From NCBI GenBank assembly GCA_949291375.1, contig CASEVI010000004.1:39495-103494 (forward strand): 64,000 nucleotides of DNA, read 5' to 3'. Below are positions 1-9,091 of this stretch, one piece after another (the stretch's first letter is position 1; the number at the start of each line of letters is the position of its first letter). Under the pieces are notes generated by a model. The model did not search any database, was not told the origin of the DNA, and saw nothing but the letters and a program-made list of their open reading frames with translations. Source of the stretch: an uncultured bacterium (lineage in GTDB: Bacteria; Bacillota_I; Bacilli_A; RFN20; CAG-826). Position numbers and translations under genes: made by a program.

Positions 1-490
1 TTGCTCGATAAAATCCTTCAATTCTTAAACTATTTTTAATATTTTCATCTATATTTAATACTCCTCCGACAATTGCTTCATAAATAAGAGGAAAAATAAC
101 AATATAAGAGATTATTATCGAAAAAATATTTGGTGAAAATATTGAAGAAATAATAAAGATAAAGCAAGGGATTGGGATAAATCTCATTAAATTTAAAAAT
201 GGAGTTAAAAATTTTCTGGATTTAATAAATAAGCCTGATAAAAGGCCAAAAATAATACCTAAAATAATTGAAATAATTATTGCAATTATTGTTCTTATAA
301 ATGTTAATCCAAAAGCTTCATAAGTGCTCTTTAAGCTTAATAAATTAATCAAAGCATTAAAAGTATCACTAATTGTAGGCAAATATATTTTATTTAATAA
401 CGATGAAGAAATTAACCAAATTAAAAGAATAGTTAAGATACCTAACCACTCAAAAGCGATATTCCAACTATTCTTATATTTTTCCTTCAT
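1..490 (-). CDS. ABC transporter permease, N-terminal part only; the gene runs off the window edge. The track does not list it because there is no stop in the window. Translation: MKEKYKNSWNIAFEWLGILTILLIWLI...
   Basis: I translated the minus strand from the ATG at 488-490. The product is hydrophobic and multi-helical, typical of a binding-protein-dependent permease. It lies 13 nt downstream of the lipoprotein gene, suggesting an operon. Confidence 0.5.
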   Translation of the reverse strand, partial: MKEKYKNSWNIAFEWLGILTILLIWLISSSLLNKIYLPTISDTFNALINLLSLKSTYEAFGLTFIRTIIAIIISIILGIIFGLLSGLFIKSRKFLTPFLNLMRFIPIPCFIFIISSIFSPNIFSIIISYIVIFPLIYEAIVGGVLNIDENIKNSLRIEGFYRA

Positions 491-503
491 TTATAATATT
501 TTA

Positions 504-1490
504 CTATTTATTTTGATTAACGATAGATAAAAATTGATTGATTATTGTTTCATCCATTTCTTCGTTTATTGAAGTAGGAACAATTCCAAAACCATTTTTA
601 CCATCTTTTTGAACATTTTTTATTAACGTTGAATTAAATCCAAATTTGCTTGTTTGCTCGTTTTGATCAGTAAATTTCTCATCGATAGTTTCGGCAACAT
701 TTTCTGGGTCATTAATAACATCATTAACTGCATTATCGATTCTTTCAATTACTTTTTTTACTACTTCTTCATTTTCTTCTTCATATTCTTTTCTTACAAA
801 TAAAGCAGCTTGAGGAACATAATCATAAGTATATTTGTCACTATTTGCTTCTTTAAATGCTTTTTGCAAATTAATATCTAAAATTTTAGAAGTATCAATT
901 CCATTTTGTGACCATTTAGTCATTAAATTTGTTAATTGAGGTTCACTTATTACAGCCCAATCAATATTTTCTCCGTCAATAGAAAAATTTGAGTCTAATT
1001 TTAGTAATTCAGTTTGTAAATTACCAACAGCATCAAAATAATTTTCTTCAGGAATAATATCTCCATAAATATTTACAAACATTTTATTTGCTGTACCTGC
1101 TTTTTGAAACGAATAAATATTTTCTCCTTCGTTTGGAAGAGAATCACTTTCTTTATTAAAACCTAAAAGGTGAAAATTACCACCTGTAAGCATAAGTTTA
1201 AATTCATATAATGGGTTTTCTTGTTGTTTTAAGATATTTACAACTTGTGTTGAATCAAATACTAAGAAATCATAATTTTCATTAGAAAATTCTGCAGTAA
1301 TTGTTGCTGGAGTTGATGTTGTTTCAACATTATCCTCCATTAAAATTTCCATATAAAGTGGTAAAGCAGGTGCCCCAACAGGCATTAATAATTTATAATT
1401 TAATTTTTCGTTATAAATATTTGTAGAAGCGTGACAACTAGTTAAAGTTGAAATTAAAAGTGCACTTAAAATTAAAAAACTTCTTTTCAT
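504..1490 (-). CDS. Putative ABC transporter substrate-binding lipoprotein, possibly NitT/TauT/NMT1-like.
   Basis: Lipoprotein signal peptide with lipobox LTSC (MKRSFLILSALLISTLTSCHAS). The size of 328 aa suits a substrate-binding protein, and a permease gene sits immediately downstream. The family assignment is tentative. Confidence 0.45.
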   Translation of the reverse strand: MKRSFLILSALLISTLTSCHASTNIYNEKLNYKLLMPVGAPALPLYMEILMEDNVETTSTPATITAEFSNENYDFLVFDSTQVVNILKQQENPLYEFKLMLTGGNFHLLGFNKESDSLPNEGENIYSFQKAGTANKMFVNIYGDIIPEENYFDAVGNLQTELLKLDSNFSIDGENIDWAVISEPQLTNLMTKWSQNGIDTSKILDINLQKAFKEANSDKYTYDYVPQAALFVRKEYEEENEEVVKKVIERIDNAVNDVINDPENVAETIDEKFTDQNEQTSKFGFNSTLIKNVQKDGKNGFGIVPTSINEEMDETIINQFLSIVNQNK

Positions 1491-1505
1491 TTTTTTACCT
1501 TCTTT

Positions 1506-2723
1506 CTAGTTAAGTAATTCTTCGATTGTTTTGCCAATCATCGAATCGTCTTTTTTAAGATTAAAATTAGTTAAAATTGTATCTCCAATATCAGCGAATG
1601 AATCTCTATCATCTAGCATTTTTCCGTTACTATATGAAGATGAATAGCATAATAATGGGACTTTTTCTCTTGTATGATCCGTTCCTTTCCAAATTGGATC
1701 ATTTCCATGATCGGCAGTAATCATTAATAAATCATCTTCATTTAAATAAGTAATTAATTCTTTTAATTGTTGGTCAAAAATTTCAATAGCTTTTCCATAA
1801 CCAATAGGATTTCTTCTATGACCATATTCACTATCGAATTCGACTAAATTAACAAAGCAGAATCCTTCATTGAAATCTTTTGATTTAATAATATCCATCG
1901 TTTTATTCATACCATCAATATTTGATGAAATATGAACTGTTGAAGTAACACCTACACCATTAAAAATATCATTAATTTTTCCAACGCAATTAACTTGATA
2001 TCCGTTATTTTTCAATATATCCATTGCCGTAATTCCACTTGGAGAAACAGCATAATCATGACGATTTGAAGTTCTTTTAAATGTATCTTTTGTTTTTCCA
2101 ATAAATGGTCTAGCAATAACTCTTCCTACAAACCATTCATCTTTCATACATAATTTACGAGCAATTTCACAAACTCGATAAAGTTCTTTTAAACCAACGA
2201 TTTCTTCGCTTGCACAAATTTGAAGGACGCTATCACTGGAAGTATAAATAATTAATGAATTGTTTTTAATAGATTCTTCCCCAAAATCTTTTAAAATTTC
2301 AGTTCCGCTAGCAGCATAATTACCGATGAATTTATAACCAGTTTCTTTTTCAAGTTCATCAATTAAATCTTTAGGAAAACCAGTTTCGGTAAATGTTTGA
2401 AATGGTTTTTTAGTTAAAATACCCATCATTTCCCAATGACCGGTCATAGTGTCTTTCCCATTACTAGCTTCATTTAAACGTAATGAGTAAGACTTTGGAT
2501 GAGATACTTTATTGCACCCTTTAATCTCATCTAAATCTCTTATTCCAAAAGAATTTAATGTAGGAATATTAAGACCGTTTTTAAAACTTTCACTAATATG
2601 TTTAAAAGTATTAGATCCAAAATCATTGACTTCTTTATTTTGATGAAAATTTATAGCATCTTTCGCATTACCGATTCCTAAACTATCAAGAACAATACAA
2701 ATAATTCTTTTAAATTTTTTCAT
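1506..2723 (-). CDS. deoB: Phosphopentomutase.
   Basis: N-terminus MKKFKRIICIVLDSLGIGNAKDA matches the DeoB/Drm metal-binding motif. The 405-aa length fits, as does the alkaline-phosphatase-like core. Confidence 0.85.
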   Translation of the reverse strand: MKKFKRIICIVLDSLGIGNAKDAINFHQNKEVNDFGSNTFKHISESFKNGLNIPTLNSFGIRDLDEIKGCNKVSHPKSYSLRLNEASNGKDTMTGHWEMMGILTKKPFQTFTETGFPKDLIDELEKETGYKFIGNYAASGTEILKDFGEESIKNNSLIIYTSSDSVLQICASEEIVGLKELYRVCEIARKLCMKDEWFVGRVIARPFIGKTKDTFKRTSNRHDYAVSPSGITAMDILKNNGYQVNCVGKINDIFNGVGVTSTVHISSNIDGMNKTMDIIKSKDFNEGFCFVNLVEFDSEYGHRRNPIGYGKAIEIFDQQLKELITYLNEDDLLMITADHGNDPIWKGTDHTREKVPLLCYSSSYSNGKMLDDRDSFADIGDTILTNFNLKKDDSMIGKTIEELLN

Positions 2724-2800
2724 AATCTTTACCTTGTTTAAAAATACTTTAATTATTATAACAATAATTAAGGTATAAATATAATAATTTGCTAACTTTT

Positions 2801-3685
2801 TTAGTTATTTTTGTTCCAAAATTTATCATATGCATTCATGATTTTTTCTTCTGCAACATGAGTATAGATTTGAGTCGTTTCAATATTTTCATGTCCTAAC
2901 ATTTCTTTTACTGTTTTTAAATCAGCACCTTTGGATAATAGATGGGTTGCAAAAGAATGCCTTAAAGTATGTGGAGAAATTTTTTTATTTAAATTTATAA
3001 TTTTTGCATGTCTCCTAATCATTTCAAAAATATATTGCCTAGTAAGTTTTTGTCCTTTTTTATTAACAAAAAGGGTCGTTTTATCTGTTGAAATAATCTT
3101 TTTTCGAACATTTTTTAAATATAAATCAATAAAGTATAAGGCTTCATTTCTAATTGGAACTTCCCTTTGTTTAAATCCTTTTCCAAGAACTTTAATTATT
3201 TTTTCTTGAACATTAACATCTTTAATTTTTAAATTAACGAGCTCAGAAACACGTAAACCAGAAGAATACATCGTTTCAATTATGGCTTTATCGCGTAATT
3301 CATCATCTTTAGAAATATCAAAAGAATTAATTAACGCATCGACCTCTTCAATTGTTAAATATTCTGGTAAATATTTTTCACTTTTTGGAGTATAAATTTT
3401 TCCGATAATATTTGAAGCGATACCTTCAGTTTCTAAAAAAATATAAAAATTTTTTATTGAAGATAATCTTCTTTTTATTGATGAAGTTTTTAAATTGTTT
3501 ATCGATAAATTATAATTAAATTCATTAATATCATCTTTTGTTAAATCAGATGTATCTTCAATATAAGGAAAATATTTTTTAAAAACTAAAAAATCTTCCT
3601 TATAATTTTCAATAGTTTGAGGAAGTAAATTTTTTTCGATTAATAAAAAATTTAAATATTTTTGAAAAGCTTGATTAATTTCCAT
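2801..3685 (-). CDS. xerD: Tyrosine site-specific recombinase of the XerC/XerD family.
   Basis: C-terminal catalytic motifs HTLRHSFATHLL and the Tyr box QIYTHV are present. The 294-aa length fits. The gene is adjacent to deoB, as ripX/xerD is in B. subtilis. Confidence 0.7.
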   Translation of the reverse strand: MEINQAFQKYLNFLLIEKNLLPQTIENYKEDFLVFKKYFPYIEDTSDLTKDDINEFNYNLSINNLKTSSIKRRLSSIKNFYIFLETEGIASNIIGKIYTPKSEKYLPEYLTIEEVDALINSFDISKDDELRDKAIIETMYSSGLRVSELVNLKIKDVNVQEKIIKVLGKGFKQREVPIRNEALYFIDLYLKNVRKKIISTDKTTLFVNKKGQKLTRQYIFEMIRRHAKIINLNKKISPHTLRHSFATHLLSKGADLKTVKEMLGHENIETTQIYTHVAEEKIMNAYDKFWNKNN

Positions 3686-4880
3686 TTTTATTTTTTAAAT
3701 CTGATACTCTTTTTAATACGTCTTTGTTAAATTTTCGATTTAATTCATTAATTAAAAGGAATGTTTCACTTTCTTTTTCATGGATCATATAATCATCAAA
3801 AGTCATTTGAGTTACAGCTTCGTTTCGATTTATTAAATTTTTAACACTAAATCCAATTAATCTAATTGTTTGATTTTTATACGAACTTTCAAAAAGTTTA
3901 ATTGCCGCATCTTTAATTTTAGCTTCGCTTTCAGTATAGTCACCAATTGTTTTTGAATAAGTTGATGTTTTAAAATCACCTGTTAAAGATGCTTCTTTTA
4001 AAGTTAGTTGAATCGTTTTTGTAAGTTTTCCTTCATTTTTCATATTTTTAATGATTCTATCAACTTCTTTTAAATAAAAATCACGTATTTCATCTCGAGA
4101 ATTGGAATCACTTAATAATGTTCTAGTTGTTCCGATTGATTTTTGCTCATCTGAAATCACATGAACTTCATCTGAAGATCGACCTTCTAAACAATCTAAA
4201 ATATAATTTTTTGATTCCATTAAAGTATCATTAACTTCAGGAATGTTTAGCTTAATTTTATAATATAAATCGCCAATTGTTTTAATTCCTAATTTATAAA
4301 GTTTTGGAGCTGTTTTCTTTCCAATTCCATAAAATGAATTTACATCTAAAGGAAACAGTATCTTTTTAATATCTTTTTTTCTTATAATTGTAATTCCCAT
4401 TGGTTTTTTATAATCTGAACCCATTTTTGCTAAAAATTTAGTAGGTCCAACACCAATAGAACATTTTAATTTTGTTTTTTTGTATAAAGAATTTTGAATA
4501 TCTTTTAAATACCAATAAATATTATTTTTACCATATTTTTTAAAAGATTCTGTTATATCAACATAACATTCATCACAAGAAATTTGTTCAATGATTTCAC
4601 TATATTTTCGAATATGAGAAATAAACTCTTTGCTTAAAAGTTCAATAAAATTAAAATCAGGAGGCAAAATTATTAAATCATTGCATAAAGCTTTTGCTTG
4701 AAACATCGGCATTCCTGAACTAACGCCATATTTTCTAGTTTCATATGAGCAAGTTGAAACTATACCAGCTCTTCCTTCTGCACCAATTGCAACTGGTTTA
4801 CCAATTAATGAAGGATTTTTAATTTCTTCACATCTAACAAAGAAAGTATTTAAATCAATATGGAGTATAATTTTACTCAT
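3675..4880 (-). CDS. dinB: DNA polymerase IV (Y-family).
   Basis: N-terminus IILHIDLNTFFVRCE...GKPVAIGA...GIVSTCSYETRKYGV and the LDE motif (SCDECYVDITE) align with DinB/UmuC. Confidence 0.85.
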   Translation of the reverse strand: MSKIILHIDLNTFFVRCEEIKNPSLIGKPVAIGAEGRAGIVSTCSYETRKYGVSSGMPMFQAKALCNDLIILPPDFNFIELLSKEFISHIRKYSEIIEQISCDECYVDITESFKKYGKNNIYWYLKDIQNSLYKKTKLKCSIGVGPTKFLAKMGSDYKKPMGITIIRKKDIKKILFPLDVNSFYGIGKKTAPKLYKLGIKTIGDLYYKIKLNIPEVNDTLMESKNYILDCLEGRSSDEVHVISDEQKSIGTTRTLLSDSNSRDEIRDFYLKEVDRIIKNMKNEGKLTKTIQLTLKEASLTGDFKTSTYSKTIGDYTESEAKIKDAAIKLFESSYKNQTIRLIGFSVKNLINRNEAVTQMTFDDYMIHEKESETFLLINELNRKFNKDVLKRVSDLKNKNGN

Positions 4881-4904
4881 AAAAATATACTAATAAAATA
4901 CTAT

Positions 4905-5093
4905 TTATTTACTAAATTCATTTATTTTTGCTTTTGCATTATCTAATGTTTCAGTTTCTTCTTTAATTAATTTTTGCGCTTCTTCATATAAAGAAAGCAT
5001 CTCATCTAAAGGAGCGTTTCCTTTATTCATTTTTTCAACAATTTCTTCTAAACGAGCTAATTTTTCTTCAAAAGTTAATTCTTTTTCTTCCAT
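4905..5093 (-). CDS. xseB: Exodeoxyribonuclease VII small subunit.
   Basis: A 62-aa helical protein. LARLEEIVEKM...PLDE is the XseB signature. It lies immediately downstream of xseA. Confidence 0.85.
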   Translation of the reverse strand: MEEKELTFEEKLARLEEIVEKMNKGNAPLDEMLSLYEEAQKLIKEETETLDNAKAKINEFSK

Positions 5094-5096
5094 AAA

Positions 5097-6332
5097 TTAT
5101 TTCTCCTTTTTAATGATTGTTACGTCTACTTCTTTATCTTTAAAAATTATTTTACTATTATTTTCTTTTTTTAATAATTTGGATTCATAAACTATCGAAC
5201 CATTTTCGTCTTTAATAATACAATAACCTTTATTTAAAATGTTATAAGGATTAGATGAATCAGCTAAAAGTTTATATTTATTTAATTTATTTTCTAAATT
5301 TAAAATAAAATTAGAAAATAAATTGTTTATTTTTATCTCATAATTATTAATCTTTTCATAATATGCATCATAAATTTTATCTAAATTAGTTAATGATTTG
5401 TTAGTTTTTAAAATAGTTATTTTATGAAGATAATTTGCTAAATAATTATTCATTAAAGTATTTATATATTCTTTATTTTGCTTTAAATCAGTTAAAACAT
5501 CATCTTTATTAGGAACAACAATTTCAGCCGCTCCAGTTGGAGTTGAAACGTATTTATCAGCAATAAAATCAGTAATTGATCGATTTATTTCGTGACCAAC
5601 CGCACTAATTAAAGGAGTTTTTATTTTAGAAATTGTTCGAATTAATGTTTCATCATCAAATGCTGATAAATCTTCAATACTTCCACCACCTCGAGCAATA
5701 ATCAAAACATCATTATGATCATTATCAGCTTTAATAATATTTTTAATTAAATCTAAAGGAGCTTCTTTTCCTTGAACTAAACTATAATAAAAATTAATTT
5801 CAACAAGTGGCCAACGACGAATAATATTAGTTTCTAAATCTTTACTAGCAGCACTATTTTTTCCAACGATTATTCCGATTTTATAAGGGAAAGAAGGTAT
5901 TTTTTTCTTTCTAGAATTATCAAATAGTCCTTCTTTAGATAATTTTTCAATTAATTTTTGTTTTTTTAATAAAATATCTCCTTCACCTTCTCTAGAAATA
6001 TTTTTAACAATTAATTGATAATATCCACCTATAGCATAAACTGATAATGAACAAGTTAAAATTACTTCATCACCATCTTTAAAATCTTCTTTTAAAGAAA
6101 ATGTGTCATATTTAAACATGACACATTTTATAGTGCTTGTAGAATCTTTTAATGAAAAATAAATATGACCAGAAATATTTTTCCCTTTCCAATTTGAAAT
6201 TTCGCCCCTTACTTTAAGCGATTTAAAAATTGGAGAAGTATCGAATATTTCTTTAACTAAACTATTAATTTCTAAAACACTAAAGGTATGATTTTTAATA
6301 TTATTATTTAATTCTTCTTCGAAATTATTCAT
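5097..6332 (-). CDS. xseA: Exodeoxyribonuclease VII large subunit.
   Basis: OB-fold N-terminus and the catalytic motif ARGGGSIEDLSAFDDE are present. The 411-aa length fits. Confidence 0.85.
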   Translation of the reverse strand: MNNFEEELNNNIKNHTFSVLEINSLVKEIFDTSPIFKSLKVRGEISNWKGKNISGHIYFSLKDSTSTIKCVMFKYDTFSLKEDFKDGDEVILTCSLSVYAIGGYYQLIVKNISREGEGDILLKKQKLIEKLSKEGLFDNSRKKKIPSFPYKIGIIVGKNSAASKDLETNIIRRWPLVEINFYYSLVQGKEAPLDLIKNIIKADNDHNDVLIIARGGGSIEDLSAFDDETLIRTISKIKTPLISAVGHEINRSITDFIADKYVSTPTGAAEIVVPNKDDVLTDLKQNKEYINTLMNNYLANYLHKITILKTNKSLTNLDKIYDAYYEKINNYEIKINNLFSNFILNLENKLNKYKLLADSSNPYNILNKGYCIIKDENGSIVYESKLLKKENNSKIIFKDKEVDVTIIKKEK

Positions 6333-6741
6333 TTTTTAAACAGTTATCTAAAATAGCATTAACAAATTTATAATCATCTTTTTCACCATATTTTTTAGCT
6401 AATTCTACCGCTATATTAATTGCGATATTTTTATTCATTCCTTCGATATATTTAAAATTTGTTACCGCTAAAATTAAAATGGCTTTAATACAAGTATTAA
6501 GTCGAGAAAATTTCCGGTTTTTTAAATATTGAGAAATTAAAGAGATTGTTTCTTTTTCGTATTTTAAAGCTTTAATTATAATTTCTTTTAAAAATATCGG
6601 TGTATCTTCATAACTCATATTTAAAAAATCTTCGAATGTTTGTTCGATATTTATAACAATTCCTTCATCCTGACAAATTAAAAAAGAAGAGAGGATTTGC
6701 ATTGCGATTTCTTGAGTTTTATTTCTACTAATTTCTTCCAT
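6325..6741 (-). CDS. nusB: Transcription antitermination factor NusB. The start is ambiguous; the track ORF extends to 6816 with a GTG start, and ATG candidates lie at 6777 and 6741.
   Basis: The helical ~135-aa protein (AINIAVELAKKYGEKDDYKFVNAILD...) is NusB-like. Its position in the conserved Asp23-nusB-xseA-xseB order supports the call. Confidence 0.7.
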   Translation of the reverse strand: MEEISRNKTQEIAMQILSSFLICQDEGIVINIEQTFEDFLNMSYEDTPIFLKEIIIKALKYEKETISLISQYLKNRKFSRLNTCIKAILILAVTNFKYIEGMNKNIAINIAVELAKKYGEKDDYKFVNAILDNCLKNE

Positions 6742-6760
6742 ATCTATATTTTTTAAAGCT

Positions 6761-7093
6761 TTATTTTGTTTTTGCATCGCTGAATGAAAAAGAAATATCA
6801 AAAGGAATAGCTTCACATTGATTTAATAAATTAACATTTAAATTTTTAGTTACTTCTTCTTCAATAATTTCTTTACTAATATCTTTTTCAACAAGAAGGT
6901 TAAATTTATAAGAAATTTTATTTCCTCTAATAATTGCAACAACGCTTGGCTTAGATTTTTCTAATTTCTCATCTTTTTTTAAAATTCCAACGACATCTTT
7001 TAAAGATTCTTTTCCAATAGTAACAAAAACCTTTTTACTCATGGCCAATTTGCCATTTTTATTAAATTTATTTAAATAAATGTAATTTGCCAT
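6761..7093 (-). CDS. Asp23/Gls24-family alkaline shock protein (YqhY-like).
   Basis: The 110-aa product and its position upstream of nusB match B. subtilis yqhY. Reading the minus strand, a Shine-Dalgarno GAAGGAGAG lies 9 nt upstream of the ATG at 7093, overlapping the tkt stop. Confidence 0.65.
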   Translation of the reverse strand: MANYIYLNKFNKNGKLAMSKKVFVTIGKESLKDVVGILKKDEKLEKSKPSVVAIIRGNKISYKFNLLVEKDISKEIIEEEVTKNLNVNLLNQCEAIPFDISFSFSDAKTK

Positions 7094-7094
7094 A

Positions 7095-9089
7095 TTAATT
7101 ACTCTCCTTCATAAAATCAAGGATAAATTTAGTTAAATAAGGTTCTTCAAATTTGAAATGAGAAATAAGATCATGAGCACTTCCACTAGCTCCAAAACAA
7201 TCAATTCCATAAGGATGAGCGCTATATTTATACCATCCAAATGTTGAAGCCATTTCAACAGAGAAAGTTTTTTCTCTTGAAGATCTTAAAACACTTGATT
7301 TATATTTATCATCTTGAAGTTCAAAGCTATTATATGAAGGCATTGAAACTACGTCAAAATCAAAACCTTCATTAAGTAATTTTTTCTTCGTTTCAATTGC
7401 TAATGAAACTTCACTACCTGTTGCAATAATTGTACCATCAGGTATTTCTTTAACAGCTTTATCGATAATATAGGCACCTTTTTCAAAATCACCATCATAT
7501 TTCGAATTTTCAAGTAATGGTAAATTTTGACGAGATAGAATTATTGCAGTTGGAGTTACTTTACTTTTTAAAGCAGCTCTATATGCACCATAAGTTTCTT
7601 TAGCATCACATGGTCTAATTAAATTAAAGTTAGGAATAGATCTAAGCATTGCAAATTGTTCAATTGGTTGATGGGTTGGACCATCTTCACCAACAGCAAT
7701 AGAATCATGTGATAATAAATAAATTTGAGGAATTTTCATTAAAGAAGACATTCTAATCGCACTTTTAGCATAATCACTAAACACAAAGAATGAACCTACA
7801 TAACTTCTTAACCCGCCATGTAATAAAATTCCATTTGAAGCAGCACACATTAAAAATTCACGTATTCCCCAATTAATATTGGTTCCATTTGGTGTTAAAG
7901 GAGTAAAAGTTACTCCGTTATTTAAATGAGTTTTAACGCTGCTTGCAACATCAGCACTTCCGCCAATAAGGAAAGGCAAATGTTCATGGAAATAATTTAA
8001 TAAAATTCCACTTGTGTTTCTTGTTGCATCGGTTTTTAAAGTAGAGATATCAAATTTTAAATTATCGATTAAATCATCGATATTATTATTAAATACTTTT
8101 TCTAAAACATTAATTTTTTCAGCATTTATTGCTTTTTGTTGTTGATAATAATTGTTATATTTTTCGTATTTATCATTAGCTCTAGCAATAAAAGTTTCTT
8201 TAAAATCATTATAAACTTCTTGGGGAATATCGAATGGTTCATAGGTATATCCATAACTTAATTTTGCATTTTTACCATCTTCTTCCCCTAAAGGAGAGCC
8301 ATGAACTTTACAAGTTCCTTGATTTTTTGAACCATATCCAATGATTGTTTTGAAAACAATTAAAGTTGGTTTTTCTTCTTCTTTTTTAGCTTTTGCTATT
8401 GCGTTACGAATTAATGTTAAATTATTTCCATCTTTTACATAAATAACATTCCATCTAGCACTTTCAAATCTTTTTTTAACATCATTTACATCAGATTGTG
8501 CTAATGGACCATCAAGCGTAACATCATTTGCATCATATAAAAGAATAAGTTTATTTAATTTATTTAAACCAGCAAAAGAAATTGCTTCTTGAGAAATTCC
8601 TTCTTCTAAACATCCATCACCACAAATGCAATAAGTATAATGATTGAATAAATGCTTAGAATATTGAGCAGAAAGCATCTTTTCAGCAACGGCAATTCCA
8701 ACTGCTTCAGCAATTCCTTGTCCTAAAGGACCACTAGAAGCATCAATTCCTTCAGTAACTCCTACTTCAGGATGTCCTGGAGTAATAGAACCGAATTTTC
8801 TAAATTTCTTTAAATCATCAATTGAAATATTATATCCACATAAATGAAGGATTGTATAAAGAAGCATTGAAGCATGTCCACAACTTAAAACAACTCTATC
8901 GCGGTTAATCCAATTTGGTTTAAATGGATTTGCAACAACAAAGTCACGATATAATATATACATAATTGGAGCAAGGGAAAGTGAAGCTCCTGGGTGACCA
9001 CTATTGGCAAGATTTATTCCGTCGATAGCTGTTGCTCTTAAAGCTGCGACACATAATTTTTGAGTTTTTCTAGATTGTGAACTTTGCAT
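7095..9089 (-). CDS. tkt: Transketolase.
   Basis: The 664-aa protein has the TPP-binding motifs GHPG, GDGCLEEG and HDSIAVGEDGPTHQ. Confidence 0.9.
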   Translation of the reverse strand: MQSSQSRKTQKLCVAALRATAIDGINLANSGHPGASLSLAPIMYILYRDFVVANPFKPNWINRDRVVLSCGHASMLLYTILHLCGYNISIDDLKKFRKFGSITPGHPEVGVTEGIDASSGPLGQGIAEAVGIAVAEKMLSAQYSKHLFNHYTYCICGDGCLEEGISQEAISFAGLNKLNKLILLYDANDVTLDGPLAQSDVNDVKKRFESARWNVIYVKDGNNLTLIRNAIAKAKKEEEKPTLIVFKTIIGYGSKNQGTCKVHGSPLGEEDGKNAKLSYGYTYEPFDIPQEVYNDFKETFIARANDKYEKYNNYYQQQKAINAEKINVLEKVFNNNIDDLIDNLKFDISTLKTDATRNTSGILLNYFHEHLPFLIGGSADVASSVKTHLNNGVTFTPLTPNGTNINWGIREFLMCAASNGILLHGGLRSYVGSFFVFSDYAKSAIRMSSLMKIPQIYLLSHDSIAVGEDGPTHQPIEQFAMLRSIPNFNLIRPCDAKETYGAYRAALKSKVTPTAIILSRQNLPLLENSKYDGDFEKGAYIIDKAVKEIPDGTIIATGSEVSLAIETKKKLLNEGFDFDVVSMPSYNSFELQDDKYKSSVLRSSREKTFSVEMASTFGWYKYSAHPYGIDCFGASGSAHDLISHFKFEEPYLTKFILDFMKESN

Positions 9090-9091
9090 AA

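Noticed and set aside
324-530. 68-aa plus-strand ORF.
   Set aside because: It lies antisense inside the better-supported minus-strand permease coding region and has a low-complexity hydrophobic composition typical of shadow ORFs in AT-rich DNA.
2931-3209. 92-aa plus-strand ORF inside xerD.
   Set aside because: It is antisense to a well-supported recombinase gene, with no Shine-Dalgarno and no motifs.
2801-4880. Possible integrated mobile element, suggested by a tyrosine recombinase next to an error-prone polymerase.
   Set aside because: The recombinase has XerD-type motifs and sits next to deoB as ripX/xerD does in B. subtilis. There are no flanking direct repeats, no tRNA, no phage or transposon genes, and no compositional shift. 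It is a chromosomal dimer-resolution recombinase.
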